A stretch of 64,000 nucleotides of DNA, from the NCBI RefSeq assembly GCF_036365525.1, contig NC_090387.1:60932592-60996591 (forward strand). Direction: 5' to 3'. Source of the stretch: Heterodontus francisci (lineage: Eukaryota). Shown here piece by piece: positions 13,194 to 25,950 of this stretch. The notes below the pieces were generated by a model. The model was not told the origin of the DNA. It ran no database searches and saw only the letters and a list, made by a program, of their open reading frames with translations. A program made the position numbers and the translations under genes. Each line of letters opens with the position of its first letter. The first letter of the stretch is position 1.

Positions 13194-16023
13194 TGAGTTG
13201 ACTTCAGTTCCATTTGAGAATAGCACAATTGGATGTCCGGACTTCATACAATCTAGGCTGGTCGCATATCCTAGCAACCTCTGCAGGATACCAAGTTCCT
13301 GATGTATGATTGAGGACTCTGACCTTCTGAGCTACTCTAAATCAAGCCAATTCTGGTCCTGCTTGCCTGTCATATGATGCCTTCATCTTCCCTTGTTTAG
13401 AAAGTATATCCTTTTACTGTGGAAAACTTGAGAGATGTTCACTGGGCAGGGTAGTTCTTACCTGCCTTCCAAACATCAACTCTGCAGGCAACGGTAAGCC
13501 CATGTTCGATGGAATAGCTTGGAGGTGCAACATTGCAACCTTGAGATCATGTCTCATCTGTCTAAACTTTAAAATCAGAGATTTGTTGTGTTCAGCCACT
13601 CCGTTGGACAATGCGGCGACAATACCACATGACAAACTCTCCACCCGGGCACACGTCTTGGAATGGTCTTCCTGCATATTGCGGCCTGTTATCGGGATAA
13701 TTTCTTCTGGCACGTCAAGCACTGACCGTATCAGCAACCACTATACTTGATGTATCTCATAGCCGTCTGATGATCGGAAACTTGAAGTAATCCGTAACAA
13801 GGAATAACATGAATGTGAAATAAATCTGTGCAATCTTCGCCCATGGATGTGAAGGTGCTTCATGTGGAATCAAGGGTTCCTTCTGTTGATTTGGCTGACA
13901 AATCTGACATGCCTGACAGGATTTTACTGCGGTCTCAACATCACTGTTGATTCTTGGCCAGTAGACTACCTCTTTGGCAAAGCGGCTGGTACGCTCTATT
14001 CCTAAATGTCCTTGATGCAGTTGGGTTAGAATATCAAAACACAGAGCCTTGGGTATCAGGACTTATTTGCCTTTGAAAATCACCCCTTGTGATATACCAA
14101 GCTCGTCGCGATACAGCCAGAAACAGCGTAGACGTTTGGTTACTTCCTGTATAATGTCAGGCCATCCTTCCACAATCACCTTCCTCAACAACAATAGGGT
14201 AGGGTCACGTGCCGTTTCATCTCTTAGTTGCTCACATTTGTGGGGTCCAAAACTCATGAGGTCGATTCAAGATATTTTCAATCTAGTATCCACACCATGG
14301 ACATGCAAATCTAGCGAGATATCTACATCTTTATTTGGGTTAGGCAGTCTGCTCAGGGTGTGCAATGTGACTTATTTGCTGCCCGGTTTACATCGGATGT
14401 CATAATCATAGCCCTGGACCTTCAGCAAAAGACTGCAACTGCGGAGGAGCACTCGTAAGCAGTTTGCACCATATCATTTCAAGTGGCTTGTGATCTGTCT
14501 CCATGGTAAAATGTTTTCCCAACAAGTAGGTGTGAAGCCTAGCGATAGTAAAAACCACAGCTAAGGTTGCACGTTCAATGTTCGAGTAATTGGATTGGGT
14601 TTTCAACAAACTCTTTGATGCAAAGGTGACTGACTTCCCTTCCTGCATGTTGCAGGCGCCAAATCCCTTCTGGGATGCATCGCCTCAAGCGATCGGGTCG
14701 GGTCGCAATACTGTAGCGTGCTGTCTTGACAGAGCTAACTTTAAGGACTCAAACACCTGCTGGTGGCCTTCCTGCCACAAGTAAGAGGTATCTTTATGTA
14801 GCAGTTCCCCAAGCGGTGCTGCTTGCTCAGCGAAATTGGGGGAGGTACAGGCCCAAAAAATTGAACAGTCCAAGACACTGTTGTAGGTCTTCCCAGTCCT
14901 GAGGAGTTGGCATGGCTCCGACATCTTTGATTTGATCTGGGCATATTCCTGTGGCGTAATATATCGACCCAAAGAAATTGATGTGCTCAACGTGGATTTG
15001 GCACTTCTTGCTATTAAACATAAAGCCCTCACAATGAGCAGCCAGCTGTTGAAAATACAAGTATTTTTCCTGACATCATACAGGAAGTAACCAAACGTCT
15101 GCGCTGTTTCTGGCTGTATCGCAACGAGCTCGGTATAGCACAAAGGTGATTTTCAAAGGCAAATAAGTCCTGATACCCAAGGCTCTGTGTTCTGATATCC
15201 TAACCCAACTGCATCAAGGACATTTAGGAATAGAACGTACCAGCCGCCTTGCCAGAGAGGTAGTCTACTGGCCAAGAATTAACAGTGATGTTGAGACCGC
15301 GGTAAAATCCTGTCAGGCATGTCAGATTTGTCAGCCAAATCAACAGAAGGAATCCTTGATTCCACATGAAGCACCTTCACATCCATGGGCGAAGATTGCA
15401 CAGATTTATTTCACATTCATGTTATTCCTTGTTACGGATTACTTCAAGTTTCCGATCATCAGGCGACTGTGAGATACGTCAAGTATAGTGGTTGCTGATA
15501 CGGTCAGGGCTGGACGTACCAGAAGAAATTATCCCGCTAATGGGCCGCAATATGCAGGAAGACGTGTGCCCAGGTGGAGAGTCTGTCACGTGGCATCGTC
15601 GCCGCATTGTCCAACGGAGTGGCTGAACACATCAAATCTCTGATTTTAAAGTTTAGACAGATAAGACATGATCTCAAAGTTGCAATGTTGCACCTCCAAG
15701 CTATTCCATCAAACATGGGCTTACCGTTGCCTGCAGAGTTGATGTTTGGAAGGCAGGTAAAAACAACCCTGCCCAGTGAACATCTCTCAAGTTTTCCACA
15801 GTAAAGGATATACTTTCTAAACAAGGGAAGATGAAGGCATCATATGACAGGCAAGCAGGACCAGAATTGACTCAATTATGAGTAGCTCAGAAGGTCAAAG
15901 TCCTCAATTATGCATCAGGAACTTGGTATCCTGCAGAGGTTGCTAGGATATGCGACCAGCCTAGATCGTAAGAGGTCCAGACACCCAATGGTGCGATTCT
16001 CAAATGGAACTGAAGTCCACTCA
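13194..16023. repeat. Inverted duplication inside element B: arms 13194-14161 (-) and 15069-16023 (+), 907-bp inverted spacer
   Basis: Near-identical integrase peptide on both strands (ORFs 13414-13737 - and 15574-15804 +). The spacer encodes the RT end and RNase H on the - strand. Confidence 0.92.
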
Positions 16024-16641
16024 GAGAGCTGTACGACAACGCAACATGTGATATCTCTGTAGCATTGTGGACACAAAGACAAAGTCTGAATATGAATGTA
16101 CAGAGGCTATGAACTCAGAGGAACAACATGCTAATCAGCGTTTTGAGTTTTCAGCGTCTCAGAGGAATCGTCAAGATGGCCTCAACTGTGAGAAGAGGTT
16201 TACATTAACCAGATCGGGACAAATAGGCAAACCTCTATGTTTAGAGTGTTAAACTTGCTTACTTGTAAATAACATTTTGATTTGATCATGTATAGTTAAT
16301 CCAAATCACGATATCATTACATATTGTACATGTATTTTTATGTTTGGAAAAAAGGGGGGATGTTGTGGGACCACGTTAAGAGAACCACCTTAAGAGGCTG
16401 TAAGTGAAGGTCACTGGAGGAAGTTGTGTGTCACACATGACCACAGAGTTGTGGGTGTAGCCCAACAGAGTAAGATGTGTGTGGATGTGCCCATGTAGTA
16501 ACAGTGAATATATATGTTCCAGTTAAGTTATAATAAAAACCCACCTATTCTTTGGATATTACTTGGAGTCCTGTGAAGCTAACAATAGTTCATAGCAAAG
16601 GAATGAGTGATATTACATCTATTACCAGACAGGATATGATG

Positions 16642-18977
16642 AAAAGAGTGGTACTGCCAAATCTAGAGCCCCTTGCTTATCTAGAAGCATTACAGGGTAA
16701 GATAAAGCAGAAAAAGAAAGCTTATGACCGTCACAAAAAACTTAATACTTTGGAAAGCCTAGAGGAGTATAGAAAGAGCAGGGGTAAAGTAGAAAAGGAA
16801 ATTAGGAAAGCAAAGAGAGGATATGAAAAATTATTGGCAGGTAAAATCAAGGAAAACCCAAAGATGTTTTATCAGTATATTAGAGCAAGAGGATAAATAA
16901 GGAAAGGGTAGAGCCTATCAGAGATGTACAAGGTAACTTATGCGTGGATGCAGAAGATGTGGGCAGGGTTCTTGATGAGTACTTTGTCTTTGCCTTCACA
17001 AAGGTGAGGGATGATGCAGACATTGTAGTTAAAGAGGAGGAGTGTGAAATATTAGGTATGATGAGCATAATGAGATAGGATGTACTAGAGGATCTGGCAA
17101 CCTTGAAAGTGGATAAATCACCACAGCTGCATGGATTGTGTCCCAGGCTGTTAAAGGAAGCCAGGGAGGAAATAGCGGATACTTCTGAGGATCATCTTCA
17201 AATCCTCACAAGATACAGGCGAGATACCAGAGGCCGGCACAGACACGATGGGCTGAATGGCCTCCTGTGCAGTTTGGGTGGCACAGTGACGCAGTGGTTA
17301 GCACCGCAGCCTCACAGCTCCAGCGACCTGGGTTCGATTCTGGGTACTGCCTGTGCGGAGTTTGCAAGTTCTCCCTGTGACCGCGTGGGTTTTCGCCGGG
17401 TGCTCCGGTTTCCTCCCATAGCCAAAGACTTGCAGGTAAATTGGCCATTATAAATTGCCCCTGGTATAGGTAGGTGGTAGGGGAATTGAGGGAAGGTGGG
17501 GATGTGAGAGGGTATTGGGATTAATGTAGGATTAGTATAAATGGGTGGTTGATGATCGGCACAGACTCGGTGGGCTGAAGGGCCTGTTTCAGTGCTGTAT
17601 CTCTAAATAAATAAAATAAATAATTTTTCTATGGTTCTATGATCAAAGGTCTTCAAATGTTGCACCATTCTTTAAAAAAGACGCGAGGGGTAGACCAAAT
17701 AATTATAGGCTGGTCAGTCTGACCTTGGTAGTGGGCAAATTATTAGAATTAATTCTGAAAGATAGGATAAACTGTCACTTAGATAAACTGACACGGCTTA
17801 ATCAGGAATAGTCAGCATGGATATTTTAAAAGAAGGTCGTGTTTTACTAACTTAATTGAATTTTTTGAGGAAGTAACAAGGAGGATTGATGATGGGTGGT
17901 AGATGTTGTCTACATGAATTTTAGTAAGGCATTTGACAAGGTCCCACATGGCAGACTGATCAGAAAAGTAAAAGCCCATAGGATACAGGGGAATGTGAGT
18001 TGGATCCAAAATTGGCTCTGAGGAAATAAAGAGTAATGGACGATAGATGCTTTGGGCTTAAATATGGGAGGCACAAAAATTGGCCATGTAGTTGATGGTG
18101 AAGAGGATAGCTGTAGACTGGAATGATATCAATGGTTTGGTTGAGTGGGCAGAAAAGTGGCAAATGGAATTCAGTCCAGAGAAGTGAGCTAATGCAAATG
18201 GGGAGGGCAAACAATGCAAGGGAATACACAGTAAACGGGAGAATATTGAGAGGAATAGAGGAAGTGAGAGACTTTGGAGTGCATATCCACAGGTCCCTGA
18301 AGGTGGCAGGACAGGTAGATAAACTGGTGAAGAAGGCATATGGATTGCTTTCCTTTATTGGCCGAGGTATAGAATACAAAAGCAGGGATGTAATGCTGGA
18401 ACTGCATAAAATGCTGGTTAGGCCACAGCTGGAGTATTGCTGGAGTACAGTTCTGATCACCACATTATAGGAAGGACATAAGTGCTCTGCAGAGAGTACA
18501 GGGGAGATTTACAAGAATGTTGCCAGGGCTTGGAAATTGTAGCCAAGAGGAAAGATTGGATAGGCTAGGGTTGTTTTCCTTAGAACAGAGGAGACAGAGG
18601 GGTGACTTAATTGAGGTGTACAAAATTATGAGGGGCCTGGATAGAGTAGACAGGAAGGATCTGTTTCCCCTAGCAGAGAACTAGGGGGCACAGATTTAAG
18701 GTGATTGGAGGAAGTATTAGAGGGGACATGAGGAAAAACGTTTTCACCCAGAGGGTGGTGGGTGTCTGGAATTCAATGCCTGGATCGGTGTTAGAGGCAG
18801 AAACCCTCAACTCATTTAAAAGGTACCTGGACATGCACCGGAAGTGCAGCAACCTGCAAGGCTATGGACCAGGTGCTGGAAGGTGGGATTAGATTGGGCA
18901 GCTAGTTTTTTCAGCCGGAGAAGACATGATGGGTTGACTGGCCTCTTTCTGTGCTGTAACCTTTCTGTGGTTCTATG
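16642..18977 (+). mobile_element. 5'-truncated CR1 LINE inserted in the 3' LTR of element A
   Basis: RKAKRGYEKLLAGKIKENPK, DKSP, SQHG, MLVRPQLEYC, FTQRVVGVWN; tail ttctgtggttctatg. Host LTR reads gatatgatg|tatatactc across the insertion. Confidence 0.9.
17276..17620 (+). mobile_element. Full-length HE1-like V-SINE (tRNA head, V domain, CR1 tail), nested in a short CR1 tail (17233-17641) inside the CR1
   Basis: A-box-like tggcacagtgacgcagtgg, B box gggttcgattc, V core tgtgcggagtttgcaagttctccc...ctccggtttcctccca, (taaa)n end. Confidence 0.88.
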
Positions 18978-20908
18978 TATATACTCATGTAATCATCGGC
19001 CAGAAGTTAGGAGCAGTCAGAGAGACCAGACTTGTTAGTTAACCTCCCAATTATTGTTGTACATAGTTTCATATCTTCAGATAAAGAGCCCACTTATTAT
19101 AGTTACTAATCCTCCTCGTGTGGTTGGTGTATTTGTGTGAAAGAAGAGAAACACAACAATTGTCAGGCCACCTGCCTTGTTGGCAGCAGCGCTCGGGTAA
19201 ATCACAGGTGTAAAGATTGGAGAAGGCTATTGAGAAGCAGGGGCACCCCCTGCTCCTCCTGGCGTCCCAAGAAGATATTTTCAAAAGACAATTCATATTC
19301 ATTTTTTTTTCTTATTTGCCTTTTTTAACAGCCATAGGGGCTTTCCAACTTCTGTCTCATTCATTGCTGACAAATTTTGAAAAGTGGATCTTTAATAGGT
19401 GTTAGGCCACTAATTTACATATTTAATGAGTCTAATGCATATTTTACAAAGGGCTGAACAAGTTTAGCAGTGAGACCACCACCTGCACAGATCCTCAGGC
19501 TCCTTCCTTTCTCGATTGCAAGATTTCCCTGAAAGCTTCTTCCTGCAACTTAGCTGAGTGCTAAAGGCCATTCCTTTTGTCCTGACTACTAGCCGCCAGC
19601 CACCACTTCCGCTTGTTTTAGGGGTCCTGTGGAAGAGTCTCAGTCGTTAAAATCGCCCAGGCCCCTCAATGCTGAGATCAGGGGGACAATGGTGCTCGCC
19701 GTATCTCCATCACCTGATTTTCGCTCCAAGTTAAAATCAGTTTTTATTTCCATATTGGTTATTAAAAGTAGGATGGGGGAAAGCAGGGAGTAATTTAAAT
19801 ATTTACTGAGCAACGAACAAATGTGTTACTGCTGAGCAGGAAATGTACTTGGCGTATCTTCTCTTTGTCAGTGAAGACTTTAGTTTATTTTGAACCAAAG
19901 TGCTGCTTAGCTGACTACACAGCTGCTATTAACTTTCCCTGACTTCAACAAGGCTGGTCCTTCTTGCTGATTTTCTAGGTTTCTTTATGGAAGTGTTTAC
20001 TAACGTGCTTATAACTGACACCAGCAAAGTAACTTTGTAGAATGAGGATAGTTCATTAATCAAAGTAAGAATATATATCGAGTTGCAAATTTTTAAGACC
20101 CTAATAGTGCGTAGATTGGAGAGAAGGAAATACTTTTGTATTAAACGTATTCCCCATACTGTCCTCCTTAAGTAGTGTTTTTCTGACTTCTCTTTGCTGG
20201 ACCTGAAGTGTCATGCACATTGTTTTGTCTCTGTAGTAAAATGTTTTCCAAATTATTGTTTTCAGAATAGAGAGAGTCCTTGCTGTTTGTTTAATAAATG
20301 TTTTATATATAACCGATGAAAGTATCTCATTGAAACCATTGCGGTTATAAAACTAAAGGAAATTATCAATTCTTCCCCTACATATGCTCCTTGTTGCTAC
20401 CTATTAATGCCAGCTGGTAAGTGTCTACATGAGGAAAGGATCAGGCTTAACTGTGTTCTCCATGGTCGAATAGGCTGTCAACTGGAAAGTCTAAACACAT
20501 GCAAGATGGCTTGGGTACGATAACAAAGGGTCACTGTCGCCTGTGGAGTTGTACTCGGGCACAAATCAGCACCTTCAAAAGAAGAGAAAATTGCTAAAAT
20601 ATACCGAAGATGTTTTTAGGTGTTAAGGGATGAAGTGTACTTTTGAAAGGCTAAAAGTAAAATTTTTCCATTTTGAATTTGTGTTATATAAAGAAGTAAG
20701 TGTACCAAATCACCTACATGATGGTATCGTCGTGATGAAATTCAGCATACGGAAGAAATTAGTGAAGTGAAATTGAACTTTGTTACTTACCCAGTCACCC
20801 CAAGTAGGAAGAGTTAGATAGCTTTGTCTCACTGCATTGAACAGTCTTAACTTGCTATTTTTGCTGTCCAAATGGTTTTCTTTAACCTATAATGGCTCTC
20901 TAAACTTT

Positions 20909-21155
20909 AATAAAAACAAAATACTGCAGATGTTGGAAATTTGAAATAAAAACAAAATACTGCAGATGCTGGAAATCTGAAATAAAAACAAAGTGCTGGA
21001 AATACTCAGCAGGTCAGGCAGCATCTGTGGAGAGAGAAGCAGATTTAATGATGACCTTTCATCAGACACAGTCACAGACCTGAAACATTAACTCTACTTC
21101 TCTCTCCACAGATGCTGCCTGACATGTTGAGTATCTCCAGCACTTTGTTTTTATT
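20909..21155. mobile_element. Penelope-like terminal-repeat fragments in inverted arrangement
   Basis: Arms 20981-21050 and 21086-21155 match at 65/70; 36-bp tandem duplication at 20909-20980; flanked by tctaaa(c/t)tttaata on both sides. Confidence 0.65.
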
Positions 21156-21502
21156 CTAAATTTTAATATTAGGTGTCATTGCTATGAAAAAAATCATTCT
21201 TGGCATCCACCCGCACCCAAGCATCCTGGGCATGATACCAATTCTATGTACACAGATATTGGGGAGTAAAGAATGAAAGAACTTTTCAAGCACTTTTCAG
21301 TTTCATTTGTAGCATTCACAAAAGAGTTTAAGCAGCAAAGAGTCTTGTACATAGGAAACAGCTGAACCTTTTAGAGAGGAAATAGTTCTGCACCATGTGG
21401 GATCCTTTATTAATGTTTTCATACTTTTGACCCTGAAAGTATTGATTTAAGTTAACCCCTGAAGGTTCAATAGCTGTAGCTTTAAAATCTGGGAAAAAAA
21501 GA

Positions 21503-21757
21503 TACCATCTCCTCTTGCCTTGCCCTTATTGTCATTTAATCTCTGCTACCTTCTGCCCTATCACAGACCTTCCCTTTTGTTATCTCCCCCTCTTGCCCAA
21601 CCCTTCTCTGCCTCTTTCAAATCATCCAGTTCTGATGAAAGGTCATCAAACTGAAACATTAATTCTGTTTCTCTCTCCACAGATACTGCCTGACCTGCTG
21701 AGTATTTCTAGCATTTTCTATTTCAGATTTTTAGCACCTGCAGTATTTTGCTTTTGA
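21503..21757 (+). mobile_element. Penelope-like terminal repeat with degenerate minimal hammerhead motif (~21628-21665)
   Basis: agtt-CTGATGA-aaggtcatcaaact-GAAA-cattaatt, followed by the family tail ctctccacagatactgcctgacctgctgagtattt. Confidence 0.6.
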
Positions 21758-22363
21758 TTTCCAAAATTGTCATTTTCTATGGCCTTGTAAATTGCTGCAA
21801 TATTTTGTTTCCTTCTGATAGAAGTTTGAAGCATGTAATGGGCAGAAGCCAATATAGTTATAATTTTGCAGCTGCAGTAATCAAACTCGGAAAACTGCAT
21901 TTCTATTTCTACTTTTGGGCATTGATACTACAAAGTTCTTGACTACAAAAATCCAGTCCTTTTTTACAATGCAGTGTGAAATTTTGCACACTATACAACT
22001 GAATTTTTTTGGATTTGTGGTGTGTCGGCTGCTTGCCAATGTGTTAAATGATTATAGAGCACCGTAATAATGAGTATGCAGTTTTGTTATTTCTGATGTG
22101 CCATTTCTGTATTTTGAAGTTATATTGTTTATGTTGAAACTGAGAAGAAAAGACATTAAATTGTGAGGGGAGAAAAATGACTCCGACATATTAATGCTGT
22201 AACGCTTAAAGGGAAGTCTCATGGTTTAAAAAAAGCTTTGGGTTTTGAAGATGGTCTGCACCTCTCACTGAAGAAAACCTGATTCATCTTTTGGTGCTGA
22301 TTTTCTGTTCTCTCCATAAAATCTGGTAGCTTTTGCTTACTGTAAACATGTTGTCTTTTGCAG

Positions 22364-22563
22364 CTTCAAGGTTACAATGAAAAGCCAATCAACCTGCAGA
22401 TGTTCATTGGAACTGCTGATGATCGCTATTTAAGACCACATGCATTCTACCAGGTGCACAGAATCACTGGGAAGACTGTTGCTACAGCTAGCCAGGAGAT
22501 TATAGTTACCAGTACAAAGGTTCTTGAAATTCCTCTTCTGCCTGAAAACAATATGACTGCAAG
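22364..22563 (+). CDS. NFATC3: NFATC3 coding exon (~exon 4; Rel homology DNA-binding domain), 200 bp
   Basis: Acceptor ttttgcag|CTT, donor AG|gtactt. Translates [47 protein letters not shown]...LLPENNMTA, an NFAT RHD sequence of NFATc3 type. Confidence 0.96.
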
Positions 22564-23569
22564 GTACTTGGCCAATCTCTAAATGTAATATTTATCTTTT
22601 TGGCTTCTCTCCCGTTTAAATCCTTAATTACTTGAGGGATGAAAACTTGATAGTGTAATACCGTAACTGCTGAAGGAATTGGGACTTTGTTAAATTTGTT
22701 ATTTTCTTTAAAGCTTTTGTCAGTTCCATCTAGTTTAAAGCTACAGTCCCTATAATTACATTTCTGGAAATAAATTTTTACACGGGGTGGAGAGACATAT
22801 ATGCCTCAGTTATCTTATTCAAAGGATTATTCCAGGATAACGTATCATGAAGCTATTGCCTTTAGACTATTCTGAAAATTAGGAATGCAATTATAAATGA
22901 AAAAAAAATCATTGTTCGCAATGCAGTGGCTAGTCTCCCTTCAAGGCTTTATTCACGACTCCAGGACTGAAGAATTAGAGTTCTCCGCTCTTCTTACGTC
23001 CTGCAACAGGATATCAAAGGTGAAAAAATGGCATGTTACAGTAACTAGATTCCAGTTTGAAAGCAAAGATGATAGCCACCAGCAAAAGACTGCCTGGTGT
23101 AAAACAAATTTTAAAAGAAAACTGATGTGCGTTTATATTTTTCAGTTGAGTGCTTGAGGACCAGACCATTGTAGGAACTTGAGCTGGAGTATTCCTTTTA
23201 AGTAAAAAAACAGGTGTCTGAGATTTATGTTACTAGTGCTTCCTAATTTAGGAGTGCTAATAAAGCAGTTTTCTTAGACAGATGATTGTTCTTCCATATA
23301 TTAAGATGAAGAAAGCTGTAAGTGTTCATGGCACAGCAGACCCTACAAAATTGTGGTCCTGGGTGAAGAGCATGAAGTATCTAGCATGAATAGGGAATTG
23401 TTTAATATATGATCAAGATATTTGTGGAATATTGAGAAGCTTCTGATAGGGATTGCATTTTGACTGTAAACCAAAGTATGGGTGGTGAGGACCTTCATGC
23501 GACTGATGCATTTCATAGAATTGAGCCAAAGAAGAGGATTTGATGTGACTTACTCAATATTTTTCAGGG

Positions 23570-23955
23570 CTGGTCGGAAGAGAGGATTGAGAGGAGATTT
23601 GATAGAGGTGTTCAAAATCATGAGGGGTCTAGACAGACTGCATAGAAAGAACCTGTTCCCATGGGTGGAAGGGTTGAGAACCAGAGAACACCAACTTAAG
23701 GTGATTGACAAAAGAACCAACGGTGACATGAAAAGCTTTTTTTTATGCAGCAAGTCGTTGGGATCTGGCATGCACTGTCTAAGTGTGTGGTGGAGGAAGA
23801 TTCAATCATGGCTTTCAAAAAGGAATTGGATCAGCTCCTGAAGAGAGAAAATTTGCAGGGGGAGGAGGAAGGGCAGGGGGGGATTAGCTGAGTTGCTCTA
23901 GCAGAGAGATGACACGGACACAATGGATTGAATGGCCTTCTGTAACCATTGTATG
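23570..23955 (+). mobile_element. CR1 3' fragment
   Basis: RGLRGDLIEVFKIMRGLDR; tail gaatggccttctg. Confidence 0.85.
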
Positions 23956-24889
23956 GTCTCCTCGGCAGGAATCTTGGAGCTGCAGATTGTTTCTGCCTTA
24001 CTTTTTCAAATTTCTGGAGGAGTTGGGAAGCTGTAAAAAGGTTTCTAACATAATATACATTCTTCATTGGCACGCCATAGTGCTTTAATTCCACCAATTC
24101 AAAGATGCAAGGGAACAGGAACTAATAATATACATACAGTCATCTGTAGGGTAGCATTGCTCATTGCTAGTACTATATTTTTGTAAGTGACAGACTAAGA
24201 TGATACAAATGAAGGTCTTTTGGAAGACCTATTTTATTTTCTCCTCTTTCCATACTTTCTGAATGTTGTAGTTTGATAGTTTCCAGTTATAGTGATGATA
24301 TCCAGATTACTACCACACAGTTTGAAACAAAACATTGTTTTTATTAAGGAGGACAGTTTTGGTGAGGTAGAATGCATTAAATAAAGTGTGACTATGTTTT
24401 AACTTGAGAGATCTGGAACCTGTCAACATATTGCAAGTTCTTCAGCGTAATAGGATAATAAATTTTCGATCTCATTCATTTACATTTGGAAATCGTTGTT
24501 CTTTAGCACCTCAAACAGGGGCTGAACATCTTTCCCTGCAGAAGGGAGGGACAACTGGCTGAGGAGACTCCACAAAGCTGTTCCTGCATGTATCCTGGCA
24601 GCCGAGCAATAACATTGATGGTAACTTGGCAGTATCTACCAGCTGTCTGTCACCCTCAATGCAATCCAAACTTATACCACAACTATGAGATCCATATCGG
24701 ATTCTGATATTAACTACTAGGGAAGAATTTTTATATAACATGCACATATACATTTACATGTACTCAAGAGTGACTTGCATGTTCTCTTCAAATTAGCAAC
24801 TTTCTGCACCTGTCACAAGTAAAGAACCATATTCAATTTGAAGTGCTCTGCCGAATAGCATATGAGGCGCATTCTTACTTTTCTTCATT

Positions 24890-25950
24890 AAATATTGGGG
24901 AAAGTTGATATTTCTATATTCAATATTACTTAGCCCAGCATCTCTGTCTCTATTTATAAAGCCAAGGATCCCGTATACTTTTTTAACAGCATCTCAACTT
25001 GTCCTGCCACTTTCAATGATTTGTGTATGAGAACTTTCTCTCCCCGCCTCCCCCCCCCCCCCTTACAATTGTACCATTTAGTTTATGTTGCCACTCCTTA
25101 TTCTTCTCCATTTCACACTTCTGTGCACTAGATTTAATCGGTCATGTGACGGCCCATCACCAATCTGTCTTTCTGAAGTCTGCTGCTAGCCTCCTCACTG
25201 TTTACTATTTTTCCAAGTTTTGTGCCGTCTGTAAACTTTGGCCCCTATATCCAAGTCCAGGTCATTAAAATATACAAAAAAAAAACAGTAGTCTTAATAT
25301 AGACGCTGGAATCACCATTGCATACTTCACTCCAGTCTGAAAAACAACCATTCACCACTGCTCTCTGTCTGAGCCAATTTTGTATCCATTCTGCTACTGT
25401 CCCTTTAATGCCATAAGCTTCAATTTTGATAGTGCACCACACAATAGACATTATCAAACTTCTTTTGCAAGTTCATAAATACATCAACCCTGCTACCTTC
25501 ATCAAAGAACTCACTCAAGTTTGTCAGATGCACTTTGCCCTTGACAAATCTGTCATTGGCTGTCATTTATTAGCCCATAATTTTCCAAGCCAAAATTAAT
25601 TTTAGATTATGATCTCTAGACATTTCCCCACCACTGACATTAGACTGACTGGCCTGTAGTTATGAGTTTACCCCTTTCCCCTTTTTTTGAACTCCAGTCC
25701 TCTGACACTTCTTTCATCCACGAAGGATTAAAAGATTGTGGCCAGAACCTCACTATTCCCTTACTTCCCTCAGCAACCTGAGATGCATCCCATCCAGACC
25801 AGGTGACTTTTTGGCAACTTTTTAAAGTATAATCCTCTTTAACCATTTTCATCCTGTCCAATTTCTTTGCTCCCTCTTTACTGTGACATTGGTAGCATCC
25901 TCTTTTGTGAAGACAGACGTAAAGCACTCTTTCACTACCTCGCCCATAGT
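24890..25950 (-). mobile_element. Old degenerate CR1 RT fragment
   Basis: YGIKGTVAEWIQNWLRQRAVVNGCFSDW (ORF 25245-25457). Confidence 0.75.

Larger units (their letters stand above)
10299..16617 (+). mobile_element. Gypsy LTR element B (degenerate gag-PR-RT-RH-IN) inserted in the 3' LTR of element A
   Basis: TSD TCTAT at 10294-10298 and 16618-16622; LTRs 10299-10537 and ~16361-16617; PPT 16346-16360. Gag from ATG 11215, protease KIDTRASANILP, RT RICLDPQRLN/FSKLDAK/LADDI, RNase H NYSNIER/ETDHKPL, integrase SNGVAE/PAELMFGR. Confidence 0.92.
7844..19158 (+). mobile_element. Gypsy LTR element A (non-autonomous: gag plus integrase C-terminal tail); 3' LTR split by nested insertions
   Basis: TSD ATTGT at 7839-7843 and 19159-19163; termini tgttgtg...cacaaca. 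5' LTR 7844-8081 followed by TGG; polypurine tract 10262-10273. 3' LTR in three pieces: 10274-10298, 16623-16641, 18978-19158. Confidence 0.9.

Noticed and set aside
10299-16617. Inner element B LTRs looking more diverged than outer element A LTRs
   Set aside because: A by-eye comparison of ~240 bp is too noisy; overall divergence looks similar.
17276-17350. tRNA gene (also 36470-36550)
   Set aside because: A and B boxes are present, but each continues into a SINE or LINE body with no acceptor-stem end or terminator.
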